Source of the DNA: Acidobacteriota bacterium
GTDB lineage: Bacteria; Acidobacteriota; UBA6911; RPQK01; JAJDTT01
Assembly: GCA_965209055.1 (NCBI GenBank)
Contig: OZ242374.1
Span: forward strand, 4,736,001-4,800,000
Length of the DNA stretch: 64,000 bases
Direction: 5' to 3'
The stretch's first letter is position 1; each line of letters starts with the position of its first letter. A program made the translations under genes and the position numbers. The notes under the pieces are model-generated. The model worked only from the letters and a program-made list of their open reading frames with translations. It was not told where the DNA came from and did not search any database. Of the stretch, positions 31,586 to 42,612 are shown in pieces.

Positions 31586-32739
31586 CCGGTTTCCCTCGGC
31601 GTGGCGGCTTCGGCTCCGGAGTCCAGGTGCGTGCGAAAGAAAGTGACCTGAACATCCATTTCCGGCCGAAGGTACTGATCCGGTTTCAGAACCTGGACCT
31701 TCACCTCGATCGTGGCCCGCTGCCGGTTGGCTTCCGGCGCGATCTCGTCCAACTCACATTCGTATTCCCGGGCCGGATAGGCGATAGGAGACATCTTGCA
31801 TCCGTTCTCCGGCGAGATGTTGTGAAAGTCCGACTGGCTGATATCCATCTCCACTTGCAGATCATTCAGATCCGCCAACGCCACCAGGACGGCTCCCCCC
31901 ATAAAATAAGCCGAGACCATTTCGCCGACTTCGACGACCCGCTCCAGGATCGTGCCGCTGACGGGCGCCCGGATCTCCGTTTCCTTCAATTGGGTCTGCC
32001 AATATGAGATGTCCGCCTGGCTTCGTTCGAGCTCGGCGCGCGCAGCCTGGATCTGCTCGGTTCGCGGACCGATCTCCAGGAGCAGATGGTTCTTCTCGGC
32101 CACGGCGACGGTGGCCTTGGCCATGTCACGGCGAGACCGGGCATCGTCCACCAGTTGTTGTGCGATGACGCCACTTTCGATGAGTTGACTCAATCGTCGA
32201 TGTTCGAGTTCGGCATTTTCCAAGTCGGCGCGGCTTCGTTCCAGCTCCGCCTCCGCTCGCTGGATCTCTTCAGGCCGTGAACCGGTTTCCAATTCGGTGA
32301 GGCGGGCCCGTGCCGAGTCGTGACCCGCTTGCGCCTGCTGGAGTTGGGCCCGGAACTCGGCATCCTCCAACCGGACCAGCAACTGGCCTTTTTCGACTCG
32401 ATCCGATTTGTCGACACCGACCCATGCGACCTTCCCCATGATCCTTGAACTGACTTCGATCCGGTGGCGAGGGACGATGTAGCCCGAGGCGATGAGCAAC
32501 GTCCGGTTCCGTTCCGGCGCCCCATCGGCCCCGGGGACGGCAGGAACGGCGTTCGCCCGATCCGCCTGCACGTCCGCCACCGCGGCATCCGGCGTCTGCA
32601 ACGACAGGTTCAGGAAAACCAGCCCGGACAGGACAGCGCCCAAAACGAAAGCCATCAGTCCCATCAGCCACAAGTTTCGGGGCGGCCTGGCACGCTTCCG
32701 GTTGCGGTCGATCCGCAACGCCTTCAAATCTTTTTCCAT
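31582..32739 (-). CDS. Membrane fusion protein / periplasmic adaptor (HlyD/MacA-like)
   Basis: Start [14 protein letters not shown] anchor, coiled coil, [14 protein letters not shown]. Confidence 0.9.
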
Positions 32740-33902
32740 CAGTCTCGCATCACGTCGATCAATCTCACCCGGGCGGCTCGTGCGGCCGGCAGCAGGCCGC
32801 CGGCAATCCCCACCAGGCTGACGAAGAGAATCGCCTTGAAAAGGATTTCCGGGGTGATTCGAAAATGGAACAGGACTTCGCTGAAACTGGCGAAGTTGGT
32901 GGTCCCCGTGGAAATGCCGTGGACCGGCAACGCCATGAGACAACCGGCGACTCCACCCAGCAACGCCAGCAGAACGGATTCCGCCAGAAACGACGCCAGG
33001 ATGCTCCGCCTGCGGAATCCCAGCGCCCGCAGGGTCCCGATCTCCTTGAACCGGGCCATGACGGTGCCGTACATCATGTTCATGGCGGCAAAGCAGGAAC
33101 CGATTCCCATGACCACCGCAATAAAGATTCCCAAGGCCTTGAGTCCCACGGAGGAGATCGTCTGTCCCTCGTAGTATTCGGTCTGGGGAATGGCTTGCAG
33201 CTCGATGTTTCGATCCTCTTCGATCCGTTTCGCCAGAGCGGCTCGAGCCTCTCCATTCTTGGCGCGAACCAGGAAAGAGGTGTAGATGGGCCGGGTCCAG
33301 GCCAATGCGATCTCGTCGTAGTCTCCCCAGATTTCCGAATCGTAGGCCGTGCCGCCGGCGTCGAAAATTCCCACGACGGTCCACTCATTCTGGGCGATGG
33401 GCAAGGTGTCGCCCAGCTTCATCTGTTTGAAACGGCGCGACAATGACCGGCTCACGATCAGTTCCCGCACGCCCTTCGCAAAGCGCCGTCCCTCGACGAT
33501 TCGGACCTCCGGCCGCATTTCGAAGCTCCGGTTGCCGGCACCGCGAATGACAATGTTCGAGGTTTCGTTTTCTCCGGCGATCCGCTCATGATTGATGACG
33601 ACGATGAGTTCGCCCGAGGCCCAGGGCTCGTCGTTTCGGTCGCGGGCCACTTCAGGCAGAAATCGGACCCTCGGGAAGATGTCCCGGTCGAGATAGCTGT
33701 TGGTCTCGTTTTGGGAGCCCTGCCGAATGACCACCAGGTCATTGGGGTATCCGGTGTTGACGAAGGTCGAGTCGAGGCCGTCGATGAGAGCCATCATGGC
33801 CACCAGAATGGCGACCGTGAGCCCGATTGCCAAGGCCGTCATCAGAGTCCCGACCCGCCGCACCCAGAGACTCCTCAAGTTGTACCGGATGGGGATTTTC
33901 AT
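32739..33902 (-). CDS. ABC transporter permease (FtsX/MacB-like)
   Basis: EIGTLRALGF, 1+3 TM layout. Confidence 0.9.
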   Translation of the reverse strand: MKIPIRYNLRSLWVRRVGTLMTALAIGLTVAILVAMMALIDGLDSTFVNTGYPNDLVVIRQGSQNETNSYLDRDIFPRVRFLPEVARDRNDEPWASGELIVVINHERIAGENETSNIVIRGAGNRSFEMRPEVRIVEGRRFAKGVRELIVSRSLSRRFKQMKLGDTLPIAQNEWTVVGIFDAGGTAYDSEIWGDYDEIALAWTRPIYTSFLVRAKNGEARAALAKRIEEDRNIELQAIPQTEYYEGQTISSVGLKALGIFIAVVMGIGSCFAAMNMMYGTVMARFKEIGTLRALGFRRRSILASFLAESVLLALLGGVAGCLMALPVHGISTGTTNFASFSEVLFHFRITPEILFKAILFVSLVGIAGGLLPAARAARVRLIDVMRD

Positions 33903-35054
33903 CTAGCCCACACTCTGCAAGGCTTCGAGCGTCGGCCGCCGGGCCGCCTGCCACGCCGGCAGGCCGGCGGCAATCAATCCGATCAACGCGCCAATCAGGA
34001 CGCAGACGCCGATGGTGGAGAACCGGACATCGAAATTCTGGATGAACCCGTTGCTGATGGCCTGCATCGGCACCGACTGGAAAATCAGACGAGCGCCCAG
34101 GGCGCCGAACCCGGCTCCGCTGATTGCAAGCAGCAGCGACTCGCTCAGCAACAATCCCAGAACCTGGGCCTTCCGGAATCCCAGGGTCTTGAGAATCCCG
34201 ATCTCCCGGACCCGTTCGCGGATGGACATGGCCATGGTGTTCGCGGCGACCAGGCTGACGGCAAAGATCACCGCCAGACAGATGCTGCTGATGAGAAACT
34301 GCACGTTTCCCAGCATGGAGACGAACCCCATGATGAAAGCTTTCTCGGTTTCCGTCTTGGTGGGAGCCATGGAATTCTTGAAGAGTTCGTCCACCTCCTC
34401 GGCGATGGCGGACATCACCTCCGGCGACGAGGCCCGGATCGAGAAGGTTCCGGTGACGCCGTTGTCGTTCATGAGTTCGTTGAAGTAGTCCCAATGGAAA
34501 TAGATGCTGCCCCCCTCGTCACCGCCCCCCTGGTAGATGGCGCGGACCGTCAATTCCAATTCGGTCGGGAAGAGGTTGCTGCCGGTATGGATCGTCTGCC
34601 CCACCTGCCAGCCGAAACGCTCCGCCAGGGTACTCCCCACCAACGCTCCGGAACGATCCTGCAGAAACGCTTGTTTCTGCTCTTCGGGAACGGCCATGTC
34701 GGGATAGATCTGAAACAACCGGTCCGTATCGGAGGCAAACTGCGCCAATCCGATTTCGGTCCCCTGGTGGTTGTAGAGGCCGCCGAACCACATCGATCCG
34801 ATCACGGCTTCCACTCCGTCCAGGGCGGCGATCTTATCCCGGTAGGAGGTGGGCAAGGTATTGAAAAGGGAGATCTTGTGCCGGACCACGAGCCGCAAGG
34901 CGGAGTCCGGGGTCTCGGGCGGACTGGTCAGCTCGTCGAGCACCGTCATCAAGGTGGCCACCAGGAAAACCGATGCCCCGATGCTGCTGGCCGTCAGCAG
35001 GGTCCTGAGCTTGTTCCGGAACAGATTCGTGGCGAGAAGTCTGAAAAATTTCAT
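33903..35054 (-). CDS. ABC transporter permease (FtsX/MacB-like)
   Basis: RNKLRTLLT, ERVREIGILKTLGF. Confidence 0.9.
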   Translation of the reverse strand: MKFFRLLATNLFRNKLRTLLTASSIGASVFLVATLMTVLDELTSPPETPDSALRLVVRHKISLFNTLPTSYRDKIAALDGVEAVIGSMWFGGLYNHQGTEIGLAQFASDTDRLFQIYPDMAVPEEQKQAFLQDRSGALVGSTLAERFGWQVGQTIHTGSNLFPTELELTVRAIYQGGGDEGGSIYFHWDYFNELMNDNGVTGTFSIRASSPEVMSAIAEEVDELFKNSMAPTKTETEKAFIMGFVSMLGNVQFLISSICLAVIFAVSLVAANTMAMSIRERVREIGILKTLGFRKAQVLGLLLSESLLLAISGAGFGALGARLIFQSVPMQAISNGFIQNFDVRFSTIGVCVLIGALIGLIAAGLPAWQAARRPTLEALQSVG

Positions 35055-35148
35055 GTCCGCACCCGGCATTCCAGTCTGGCCCGAATTTCTCACCCGGGCG
35101 CAGAGGATGTGCCTAATCTAATTTTATCTTGAGTTGGCGGCCGGCGTT

Positions 35149-35312
35149 CAACAGTCCGTGGTGAAAGTCCCGCGAGCACCGAGACCGTTCCTGCGCCCGC
35201 CGGACAAGGCGCGATTCGGGTGCATACCAGGAGTATGTGCCCGAATCGCAACGCCGTCCGCGCCTGTGCAGGGACGGTCGAATGCCGTGATGACTTTTGC
35301 CACGGGCTGTCA
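35149..35312. mobile_element. MITE-like non-autonomous element
   Basis: Terminal inverted repeats ACAGTCCGTGGTGAAAGTC / GACTTTTGCCACGGGCTGT (16/19), internal stem at 35211-35249, no transposase. Confidence 0.65.
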
Positions 35313-36569
35313 AGGCTTCGAAGATCTCGTCACTTCCCTGTAACTGGCCGACAGACCCGTCACCTGGGGCAGGAGTTCCAACTGCTTCCGCAGCCGTTTC
35401 GTGGCCTCGGTCGTCGGGCCGGCCCGTCCCACCGCCGGGTGCTCATGGAACCGGAGAAAGTTCCCCGGCTCCACGTACAGCTTGACCCCGTATTTCTGGC
35501 AGTGAGGGCCGTAGTCCCTGCGAATGGCCTGCACCAGCGGGGGCAGGCCGAGACCCGTCTCCTGGTTCTGCAGGTATCCCCAGGTGCGCTGGATCCGTTC
35601 CGGATAGCGCGATCGGACCCGGGTGATGTGGCCCAGGACCAAGTCGTCGATGATCCCCTCTTCGATCCACTGCCGCCATTGAATCCTCATGTTTCCGAAG
35701 GGGGGACCGATGTACTCCCCCTGCTGGATGCCGATGGAGAGCTTCTGCCCCTTCGTCTTCAGGTGGGCCTTCAATTCCCGGAGAAAGAGGGTGAAATACT
35801 CGCCCCGGAGCTCGCGCCACTTCTCCACGTCGAAGTCCTCGCGCATGATGTCCCGGCCGTAGCGGCGCTTGTACTCCTGGACGATGGGCTCATTGAAACC
35901 GTACTGGTCCGCGTGGTCCGGCGGGAGGCCGTGGGACCGGATGCTCAGGAAGACTCCGTCGAAATCGAACCCGTCCGAGAACGTGCGGATGATCTTGTTG
36001 ATCATGTAGTCGCGCACCTCCGGGTAGGCGTACTCCATGACGTGCCACTGGTACTGGCGTCCGTTGGTGGTCAGGCTCCGGTCGTGGACCAGGAACTGAG
36101 GGTTCGCCTTGGTGAACTTGGAGTGCCACGGCCAGAAGGCCCTTCCCGTGGGCCCCATGTCGAACACGTTCACGTCGGGAGGACGCCCCTCGTCGGTGGG
36201 CGCGATCCACATGTAGACCTCGATCTCCGCCGCCTTCAACGCGTCCACGGCGGTCTTGACGAGCCCGTCCTTCCAGGCCCGCCGGGTGATCTTGATCCAT
36301 TCCCGCAGATACTCGTTCTTTCCGTCCACGGTGACGTCGTGATACAGAACCACCCGGAAGTCGTCGACCCGGAACATGACCTTGTCCACCCCGTTCCGCT
36401 TCCAGTTTCGAGTTGCCTCCAGAACCTTTTCGGGAGTGTCCAACTGGAGCACGCCTTCCATTCCGTGAATCACGTCTCCCCAACTGAGGGTGAGAAATTT
36501 CTCCTTTTCCTGCCCCGCGGCAGACCCGAGCAGGCTGAGCCCCACCAGAAGCGTTGTCCAAGTTCGCAT
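35310..36569 (-). CDS. Exported glycoside hydrolase-like TIM-barrel protein (GHL10-like)
   Basis: Signal peptide; MEYAYPEVRDY, FDFDGVFL, YGFNEPIV. Confidence 0.65.
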   Translation of the reverse strand: MRTWTTLLVGLSLLGSAAGQEKEKFLTLSWGDVIHGMEGVLQLDTPEKVLEATRNWKRNGVDKVMFRVDDFRVVLYHDVTVDGKNEYLREWIKITRRAWKDGLVKTAVDALKAAEIEVYMWIAPTDEGRPPDVNVFDMGPTGRAFWPWHSKFTKANPQFLVHDRSLTTNGRQYQWHVMEYAYPEVRDYMINKIIRTFSDGFDFDGVFLSIRSHGLPPDHADQYGFNEPIVQEYKRRYGRDIMREDFDVEKWRELRGEYFTLFLRELKAHLKTKGQKLSIGIQQGEYIGPPFGNMRIQWRQWIEEGIIDDLVLGHITRVRSRYPERIQRTWGYLQNQETGLGLPPLVQAIRRDYGPHCQKYGVKLYVEPGNFLRFHEHPAVGRAGPTTEATKRLRKQLELLPQVTGLSASYREVTRSSKP

Positions 36570-36598
36570 GACTCGTTTCCTCCCTGATTCGTCTTTTT

Positions 36599-37030
36599 TT
36601 AAAGGCGCCGATTCTCGAAAATGCGGACGGTCCCGCGGTCGGAGTCGACTTCCACCCAATCGCCGTCGCGTATCGAATTCAGGTCCGCCGCGGCAACCTT
36701 AATCACCGGGATCCGGGCGATGACGCATCCCAGTATCGAGGGCGGGTCCGCTTCCAGGTTGACGAGGGCGGCCGGCGCCGTTCCCTCCAGCCCGGCGACG
36801 CGGACATGCATGGTATTGCCCGACGATCCGGTCCCCGACGGCATGACCAGCACCCGGCCCGACAGGTTCCGATCGTAGAGTGGATGCTGGCTGTCGATCA
36901 CCTTCCCGCTGGCGGGATCGAACTCCGAACGGAAGCAGAGGGGGGTCTCACTGACCATGGCTCTGCCCGAGGCTTTTCCCGCCACGATCTTCCGGCCTCG
37001 AATGACCCGTTTCTCCTTCAACCGGCCCAC
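36599..37030 (-). CDS. Aconitase X swivel subunit (DUF126)
   Basis: GKASGRAMVS, HPLY, PSGTGSS. Confidence 0.85.
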   Translation of the reverse strand: MGRLKEKRVIRGRKIVAGKASGRAMVSETPLCFRSEFDPASGKVIDSQHPLYDRNLSGRVLVMPSGTGSSGNTMHVRVAGLEGTAPAALVNLEADPPSILGCVIARIPVIKVAAADLNSIRDGDWVEVDSDRGTVRIFENRRL

Positions 37031-38259
37031 CTCCCGCTGACGGCCGCCGCAACGCAGCCTTCCAGGGGCAGGACCCCGGTGCGGGAGGCCAGGGCGCTGC
37101 GCCCGTAGAACGCCTGCTTGAATGAGTTGGAGACGTAGTTGCGAGGCCGCGCATGGCCCAGGGCGCCGGGACAGATATCCGAGAGGATGTGCCCTCCGGC
37201 CTCCTCGATCACTCCTGCATAGCCCAGGCGCCGGGCGTCGACCAGCGTGTGCCGGGAGGTGCAGACGATCAGCTTCACGCCCGGAGCCACCTGCCGGCGG
37301 GCCAGCACCTGGGAGATCTCACGGAGCTCGTCCAGGGAACTGAAGGGGCAGCCCAGAGCCACCGTGTCGATGGGTTCCCCCTTCTCCATCCGGTTCATCT
37401 TCCGGTATGTGGTCCGGAGGTCGTCCCGGTCGAAGGTCAGCGATTCTATGGGCTGGTCCGGATCCAATGCCTCTTCCACGGTCGGAGCTTCGGGAGTCAG
37501 GCCGGCGATATGGAACATGGTGGTGCCCCGGCCGGCGTACGGCAGCGACGCTGAGAGCTGTTTGGCCTCGGCGGGCGCGATCTCCTCGATCCCCTCGAAA
37601 ACCGGAATCCCGGAGCCGGCTTTTTCCCCCACATGGTAGCCCAACGCGCCCCAGTCGCTGACCGAATTCATCTTCACCCGAAGCTCGACTCTCACCGCCG
37701 CCTTTCGATTCCGGTCCAGGAGGGCGCCGAACTCGGGGACCCAGCCCAGGAACGCCGCCGCCAGAGAGCTCTCCATGCCGTTGCGGTTGGTCCGGGCTCC
37801 CATCATGGAGTTGGAGTAGACCACGGCCGAAGACTCGGTCCAGGCGCAGATCTCTCCGAACCCGGGGACCGCCCCCACCTGGTACGGCGCACAGGACCAG
37901 GTGGCCTTGACCCCGGCGCCGGCCGCCAAGGCGTGCAGTTCCTGCTGAAAGTTCAGCTCCTTCTCCGTCAGGCCCTTCTCCCGCAGGGCGGCCAGGTCGG
38001 TGCAGTTGGCATGGGTCAGGGTAGTGCACTTGACCCGGTGGCGGCACAGCTCACGGAACTCGTCCAGGTAGGTGTCCAGCGTCCGTTCCGAGACCCCCTT
38101 CAGGCAGGGCGTCCGCAGGATGCAGTGGACGTTGGTGACGGGCACCAGCCGAGTGGCGCCAAGCGCCCCTCCCCAGAGGATCGACCACTCAAGATACCTG
38201 GCCAGCAGGTCTCCCCGCTCACCTGCAAGAATGGCCTTCTGTTCCTCCGTCAAATTCAT
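37018..38259 (-). CDS. Aconitase X catalytic subunit (DUF521)
   Basis: SCAPY, WTESSAVVYSNS, GARTNR, MFHIAGLTPEA, LGCP. Confidence 0.9.
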   Translation of the reverse strand: MNLTEEQKAILAGERGDLLARYLEWSILWGGALGATRLVPVTNVHCILRTPCLKGVSERTLDTYLDEFRELCRHRVKCTTLTHANCTDLAALREKGLTEKELNFQQELHALAAGAGVKATWSCAPYQVGAVPGFGEICAWTESSAVVYSNSMMGARTNRNGMESSLAAAFLGWVPEFGALLDRNRKAAVRVELRVKMNSVSDWGALGYHVGEKAGSGIPVFEGIEEIAPAEAKQLSASLPYAGRGTTMFHIAGLTPEAPTVEEALDPDQPIESLTFDRDDLRTTYRKMNRMEKGEPIDTVALGCPFSSLDELREISQVLARRQVAPGVKLIVCTSRHTLVDARRLGYAGVIEEAGGHILSDICPGALGHARPRNYVSNSFKQAFYGRSALASRTGVLPLEGCVAAAVSGRWAG

Positions 38260-38272
38260 GCGGCTCCGCCCG

Positions 38273-39229
38273 TCAATATCCTCTCGCCTTGTCGCAGACG
38301 AAACGGAGCGGCTCTCCGGCCAGATAGCGCCTCAGGTTCTCTTTGAAGATCTCGCGGCGGCGCTGCCACATCTGAGGAGAGTCGGCCGAGACGTGGGGCG
38401 AGATGATCACGTTGGGCAGATCCCAGAGCGGACTCTCCGGGGCCGGCGGCTCGGGGTCGGTGGCGTCCAGCGCCGCGCCCCCCAGGTGTCCCGACCGAAT
38501 CGCCTCGACCAGGGCGTCCTCGTCCACGATTCCCCCGCGCGAGACCACGATCAGGTGGGAGCCCCGCTTCAGATGGGCCAGGCGGCCGGCGTCGATCAGA
38601 CCACGCGTGGATTCCACCAGCGGCGCCGTCACCACGAACCAGTCGCTGATGGCCAGCATCTCGTCCAGGCGTTCCACGCCCCACACCTCCCGCACGCCGG
38701 GCGGAGGCTCCATCGGCACGACGTCCACGCCGTAAACCTCCATGTCGAATCCGGCGGCCCGTTGGGCCACGCCCTTTCCGATGTCCCCCATGGCCAGGAT
38801 CCCCAGGGTGGTGCCGGCCAGTTCGGTCATGGCGCCGAAGTACTTGATGGTGTCCCAGTTGCGGGCCCGCTGGTCTTCCAGCAGATCGGGGACCCGGTGG
38901 GCGAAAGCCAGGATCATGGCCAGGGCATGGTCCGCCATGGCGATGACGTGGGTTTCCCGGGCGTTGGTCATGACCACGTCGCTCTCGACGAGTCCCGGGG
39001 CGCGAGTGAGAATGTGGTCAAAGCCGATCCCGACAAAATGAAACCAGCGGAGCTTGCGGGCGGCCTCAAGGACTTCCTCCGTGATCAGACCGAACTGGAC
39101 CTCGGCGTCGGGAACCTCCCGAAGCTGCTCCTCCGGCGTATAGGCGGTTCGAAATTCCACCTCCGGGAAGATTTCCCGGAGTTCCTCAACGAATCCTGGT
39201 CCGATCCGGTGGGTGATGACGACTTTCAT
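38273..39229 (-). CDS. D-2-hydroxyacid dehydrogenase
   Basis: MGDIG, SRGGIVDE, LDATDPEP, ISPHVS. Confidence 0.9.
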   Translation of the reverse strand: MKVVITHRIGPGFVEELREIFPEVEFRTAYTPEEQLREVPDAEVQFGLITEEVLEAARKLRWFHFVGIGFDHILTRAPGLVESDVVMTNARETHVIAMADHALAMILAFAHRVPDLLEDQRARNWDTIKYFGAMTELAGTTLGILAMGDIGKGVAQRAAGFDMEVYGVDVVPMEPPPGVREVWGVERLDEMLAISDWFVVTAPLVESTRGLIDAGRLAHLKRGSHLIVVSRGGIVDEDALVEAIRSGHLGGAALDATDPEPPAPESPLWDLPNVIISPHVSADSPQMWQRRREIFKENLRRYLAGEPLRFVCDKARGY

Positions 39230-39262
39230 GATCTCAATTGCTCCTTCGCGTGAGGTTGGTCC

Positions 39263-41335
39263 TCACGGGCGGTTTCCGCCCCGGTCCGCTCCGGCACCGA
39301 CGCGGTATTTTTCGAACCAGGCCAGGATATAGCTGACCTTGGCCACCAGATGGCTGGGCCGCTGGGCGATGCCGTGGTCGGCCTCGGGAATCCGCACCAT
39401 GGCCGTGTCCACCTTGCGCAACTTGAGGGCCTGATAGTACTGCTCCGTCTCGGAGATGGGCGTCCTCAGGTCCGACTCTCCGGTGAGGAGCATGGTCGGC
39501 GTCGTGACGTTCCCCACCAGCGAGAGAGGCGAGTACTTCCAATAGGTTTCGTAGTCCTCCCAGACCGGGCCCGGCATCCAGTACTTGCTGAAGGCAACGT
39601 AGATGTCGCTGGTGCCGCCCATGCTGATCCAATTGATGACCGGCTTCGAGGCGACCGCCGCCCGGAACCGGTCCGTCTTCCCCACGATCCAGGCCGTCAG
39701 GACCCCTCCCCCCGATCCTCCGGTGACGAACAGGTTTTCCGGGTCCACATAGCCGCGCCCCAGCACGTAGTCCACACCGGCGATCAGATCGTCGTAGTCC
39801 TGGCTCGGATAATTCTGGTGGATGAGGTTGGCGAACTCGGCTCCGTAGCTGGTGCTGCCCCGGGGATTCGTGTAGAGCACCACGTAGCCGGCCGACGCCA
39901 TCAACTGAAGCTCGACGCTGAAGTAGGGGCCGTAATAGGCGTAGGGACCTCCGTGGATTTCCAGGATCAGGGGATATTTCCGGGACGGATCGAAGTCGGG
40001 AGGTTTGATGATCCAGCCGTCGATGGGACGGCCGTCCACCGGCGAAGCGTAGGTGATCGGCTCCACCGGGCCCAGCGCCTTGTGGGTCAGCAGGTCCTCG
40101 TTCAGATGGGTCAGGCGGCGGGCTTCACCCGAGGCTGGGGCGAAGCCGACATCGGGAGGACTCCGGGTCGACGTGGACGTGTAGACGATTCCGTTCCTTC
40201 CGGCCCGATAGGCCCCCGCCCCGTACGGCCGGCCCAGGGAGAGGCCGCCGGCGTCGGTCACCACCGGATGGATCTTGCCGTCGAGGCCGACCCGAGCCAC
40301 TTGAGTCGAGCCCACATCGCCGTAAAGGACGTAGATTCCGTCACCGTCCGGATGCCACTGGGGACTGGAGACGGACCGGTCCAGACCCTGGGTCAACGGG
40401 CGCGTGTTTTCTCCGTTCCGATCCATGACGTAAAGGACCCTGTTGGCATAGCTCAATCCCCGGTCGTCATATCCCGTATAGGCGATGGTCTTGCCGTCCG
40501 GAGAAAGGGCGGGGTCCGAGTCGGGCCCTTTTCTGTCGGTCAGGGTCCTGATCTCACCCGTCAGGGACACCTCATGGATCTCCGACTCCCGAGGCTCGTA
40601 CTCCCAACCGGGAGAGCGGTTGGAACTGATCAGGATCCCCGCGCTCTCGGGCAACCAGACCGGCGGACCCGAGTTGTATTCTCCCCGCGTCAGTTGCCGG
40701 GGCGTGCCTCCGTCGTCGTCCAGGAGAAAGAGCTGGACATTGCCCTCCTCCAGCAGTCCCTGACCGTCCCGGCGATACCGGACGCTCCGGATCTCCCGGG
40801 GCCGGGGAGCCCATTGGGCGCCTTCGGGCGGGGACGGCAACTGCACCATGGGCGGCCGTTTCCGCGGGACGAACTGGGTGAAGGCGATCCATTTGCCATC
40901 CGGGGACCAGGCCGGGTTCGAAGGCGCCCGCGCGAGGTGCGTCAGCCGGGCGGTCTGCCGCGTGTCCATCCACATGACGTAGAGCTGGGGGCTTCCCTCG
41001 GCGTCGGAGACGTAAAGCAGCCGCCTCCCGTCGGCTGAGAGCCGGGGGGAGGCGTACCGGGCTTCGCCGGACAAGAGCGGACGATGCCGGCTTCCATCCA
41101 GATCGACGGTCCAGACGCTGCTCCGGCGCCGGTCGGTCATCACGTCCATGGCGTTGCGCATGTAGATCACGCGTCCGCCGTCGGGGGCGAAGCGGGGATC
41201 GGAAGCCCATTCCAGTTCGAACACGTCCTTCGGCTCGAATCGCTCGAGTTCGCCGGCCAGGAGCCGCATGGGAAGGAACGAACCCAGCCAGACGCCGAGA
41301 CCGGCGATCAGAAGAAGCGACCGAAACATGACCAT
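39263..41335 (-). CDS. S9 family prolyl oligopeptidase/acylaminoacyl peptidase
   Basis: PD40 propeller repeats, IHGGP, NPRGS, GGSGGG nucleophile, DLRTP, ADHG. Confidence 0.92.
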   Translation of the reverse strand: MVMFRSLLLIAGLGVWLGSFLPMRLLAGELERFEPKDVFELEWASDPRFAPDGGRVIYMRNAMDVMTDRRRSSVWTVDLDGSRHRPLLSGEARYASPRLSADGRRLLYVSDAEGSPQLYVMWMDTRQTARLTHLARAPSNPAWSPDGKWIAFTQFVPRKRPPMVQLPSPPEGAQWAPRPREIRSVRYRRDGQGLLEEGNVQLFLLDDDGGTPRQLTRGEYNSGPPVWLPESAGILISSNRSPGWEYEPRESEIHEVSLTGEIRTLTDRKGPDSDPALSPDGKTIAYTGYDDRGLSYANRVLYVMDRNGENTRPLTQGLDRSVSSPQWHPDGDGIYVLYGDVGSTQVARVGLDGKIHPVVTDAGGLSLGRPYGAGAYRAGRNGIVYTSTSTRSPPDVGFAPASGEARRLTHLNEDLLTHKALGPVEPITYASPVDGRPIDGWIIKPPDFDPSRKYPLILEIHGGPYAYYGPYFSVELQLMASAGYVVLYTNPRGSTSYGAEFANLIHQNYPSQDYDDLIAGVDYVLGRGYVDPENLFVTGGSGGGVLTAWIVGKTDRFRAAVASKPVINWISMGGTSDIYVAFSKYWMPGPVWEDYETYWKYSPLSLVGNVTTPTMLLTGESDLRTPISETEQYYQALKLRKVDTAMVRIPEADHGIAQRPSHLVAKVSYILAWFEKYRVGAGADRGGNRP

Positions 41336-41442
41336 TTCCGCACCCTTGCCCGCGCCAATCGGCGCCGTTTCGTGAACCGCTATCATTCTGCGCTTCGACT
41401 TCGGACTCCACAAGGCCGTATGAGGAAAGAGAAAAGACAAGG

Positions 41443-41517
41443 CGGGCGATTTCCAATCGCCCGTGCCCCGCATTCCTCGATGTTCCACGAATCGGCGGTC
41501 AGGGAACCTCCGCTCCC
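41443..41517. repeat. Pair of REP-like palindromes in a divergent intergenic region
   Basis: CGGGCGATTTCCAATCGCCCG and imperfect GGCGGTCAGGGAACCTCCGCTCCC. Confidence 0.45.
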
Positions 41518-41562
41518 ATCCTTTCCGTTGCCGGCTTCCAGGGCTTCGTGTAACTTGTGCCC

Positions 41563-42612
41563 ATGATTCGCACAATCGAGTGGACCGACGAGGGCGTGGT
41601 CATGATCGACCAGCGCCTACTGCCGACCCAAGAGATCTACAACACGTACACCACCGTCGAAGGAGTGGCCGAAGCCATCCGGAGCATGGTGATCCGGGGC
41701 GCTCCGGCCATCGGCGTGGCCACCGCCATGGGCTTGGCGTTGGGGGTGAAGAACCTGACCTCCGGCGAGGACCTGGAATCGGAATGGCAGAAGATCTGCG
41801 AGACCATCCGGGTGACCCGGCCCACCGCCAGGAACCTCTTCTGGGCCATCGAACGGATGGACCGGGTGTTCCGGGCCCACTGCGGTTCCCTGGCCGAGGT
41901 TCAGGACGCCCTGGTGCGGGAAGCGCAGGAAATGCACGGTGAGGACATCGAGATCAACCGGCGCATCGGCCGGCACGGCCAACGGCTGCTTTCACAGGGT
42001 TCCACGGTCCTGACCCACTGCAACGCCGGCGCCCTGGCCACGGCCGGATACGGAACGGCGCTGGGGGTCATCCGGGCGGCGGTCGAGGCGGGAAAGGGCA
42101 TCCAGGTCTTCGCCGACGAGACCCGGCCCTTTCTCCAGGGAGCCCGCCTCACCTCCTGGGAAATGGTCCGGGAGAACATTCCCTGCACTCTCATCACCGA
42201 CAACATGGCGGGTTACTTCATGCAGGCGGGACGAATCCAGGCCGTGGTGGTGGGTGCCGACCGGATCGCGGCAAACGGCGACATCGCCAACAAGATCGGC
42301 ACCTACGGCGTTGCCGTGCTGGCCAAGGAGCACGGGATCCCCTTCTTCGTGGCGGCTCCCCTTTCAACCATCGACCTGGGGACGCCCACAGGCGCCCAGA
42401 TTCCCATCGAGCAGCGGGACATCGCCGAGATCACCCAAATGGCCGGGCAGGACCTGGCTCCCGAGACCGTCCAAGTGGCCAATCCCGCCTTCGACATCAC
42501 CCCCAACCGCCTGGTCGCCGGCATCATCACCGAGGAGGGCGTCGCCCGGACGCCCTACGTCGAGTCGTTGGCCGGCCTCTACCGGATCGCCAGTGAACGT
42601 TCTGGGAATTGA
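41563..42612 (+). CDS. mtnA: S-methyl-5-thioribose-1-phosphate isomerase
   Basis: [46 protein letters not shown]. Confidence 0.95.
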   Translation: MIRTIEWTDEGVVMIDQRLLPTQEIYNTYTTVEGVAEAIRSMVIRGAPAIGVATAMGLALGVKNLTSGEDLESEWQKICETIRVTRPTARNLFWAIERMDRVFRAHCGSLAEVQDALVREAQEMHGEDIEINRRIGRHGQRLLSQGSTVLTHCNAGALATAGYGTALGVIRAAVEAGKGIQVFADETRPFLQGARLTSWEMVRENIPCTLITDNMAGYFMQAGRIQAVVVGADRIAANGDIANKIGTYGVAVLAKEHGIPFFVAAPLSTIDLGTPTGAQIPIEQRDIAEITQMAGQDLAPETVQVANPAFDITPNRLVAGIITEEGVARTPYVESLAGLYRIASERSGN

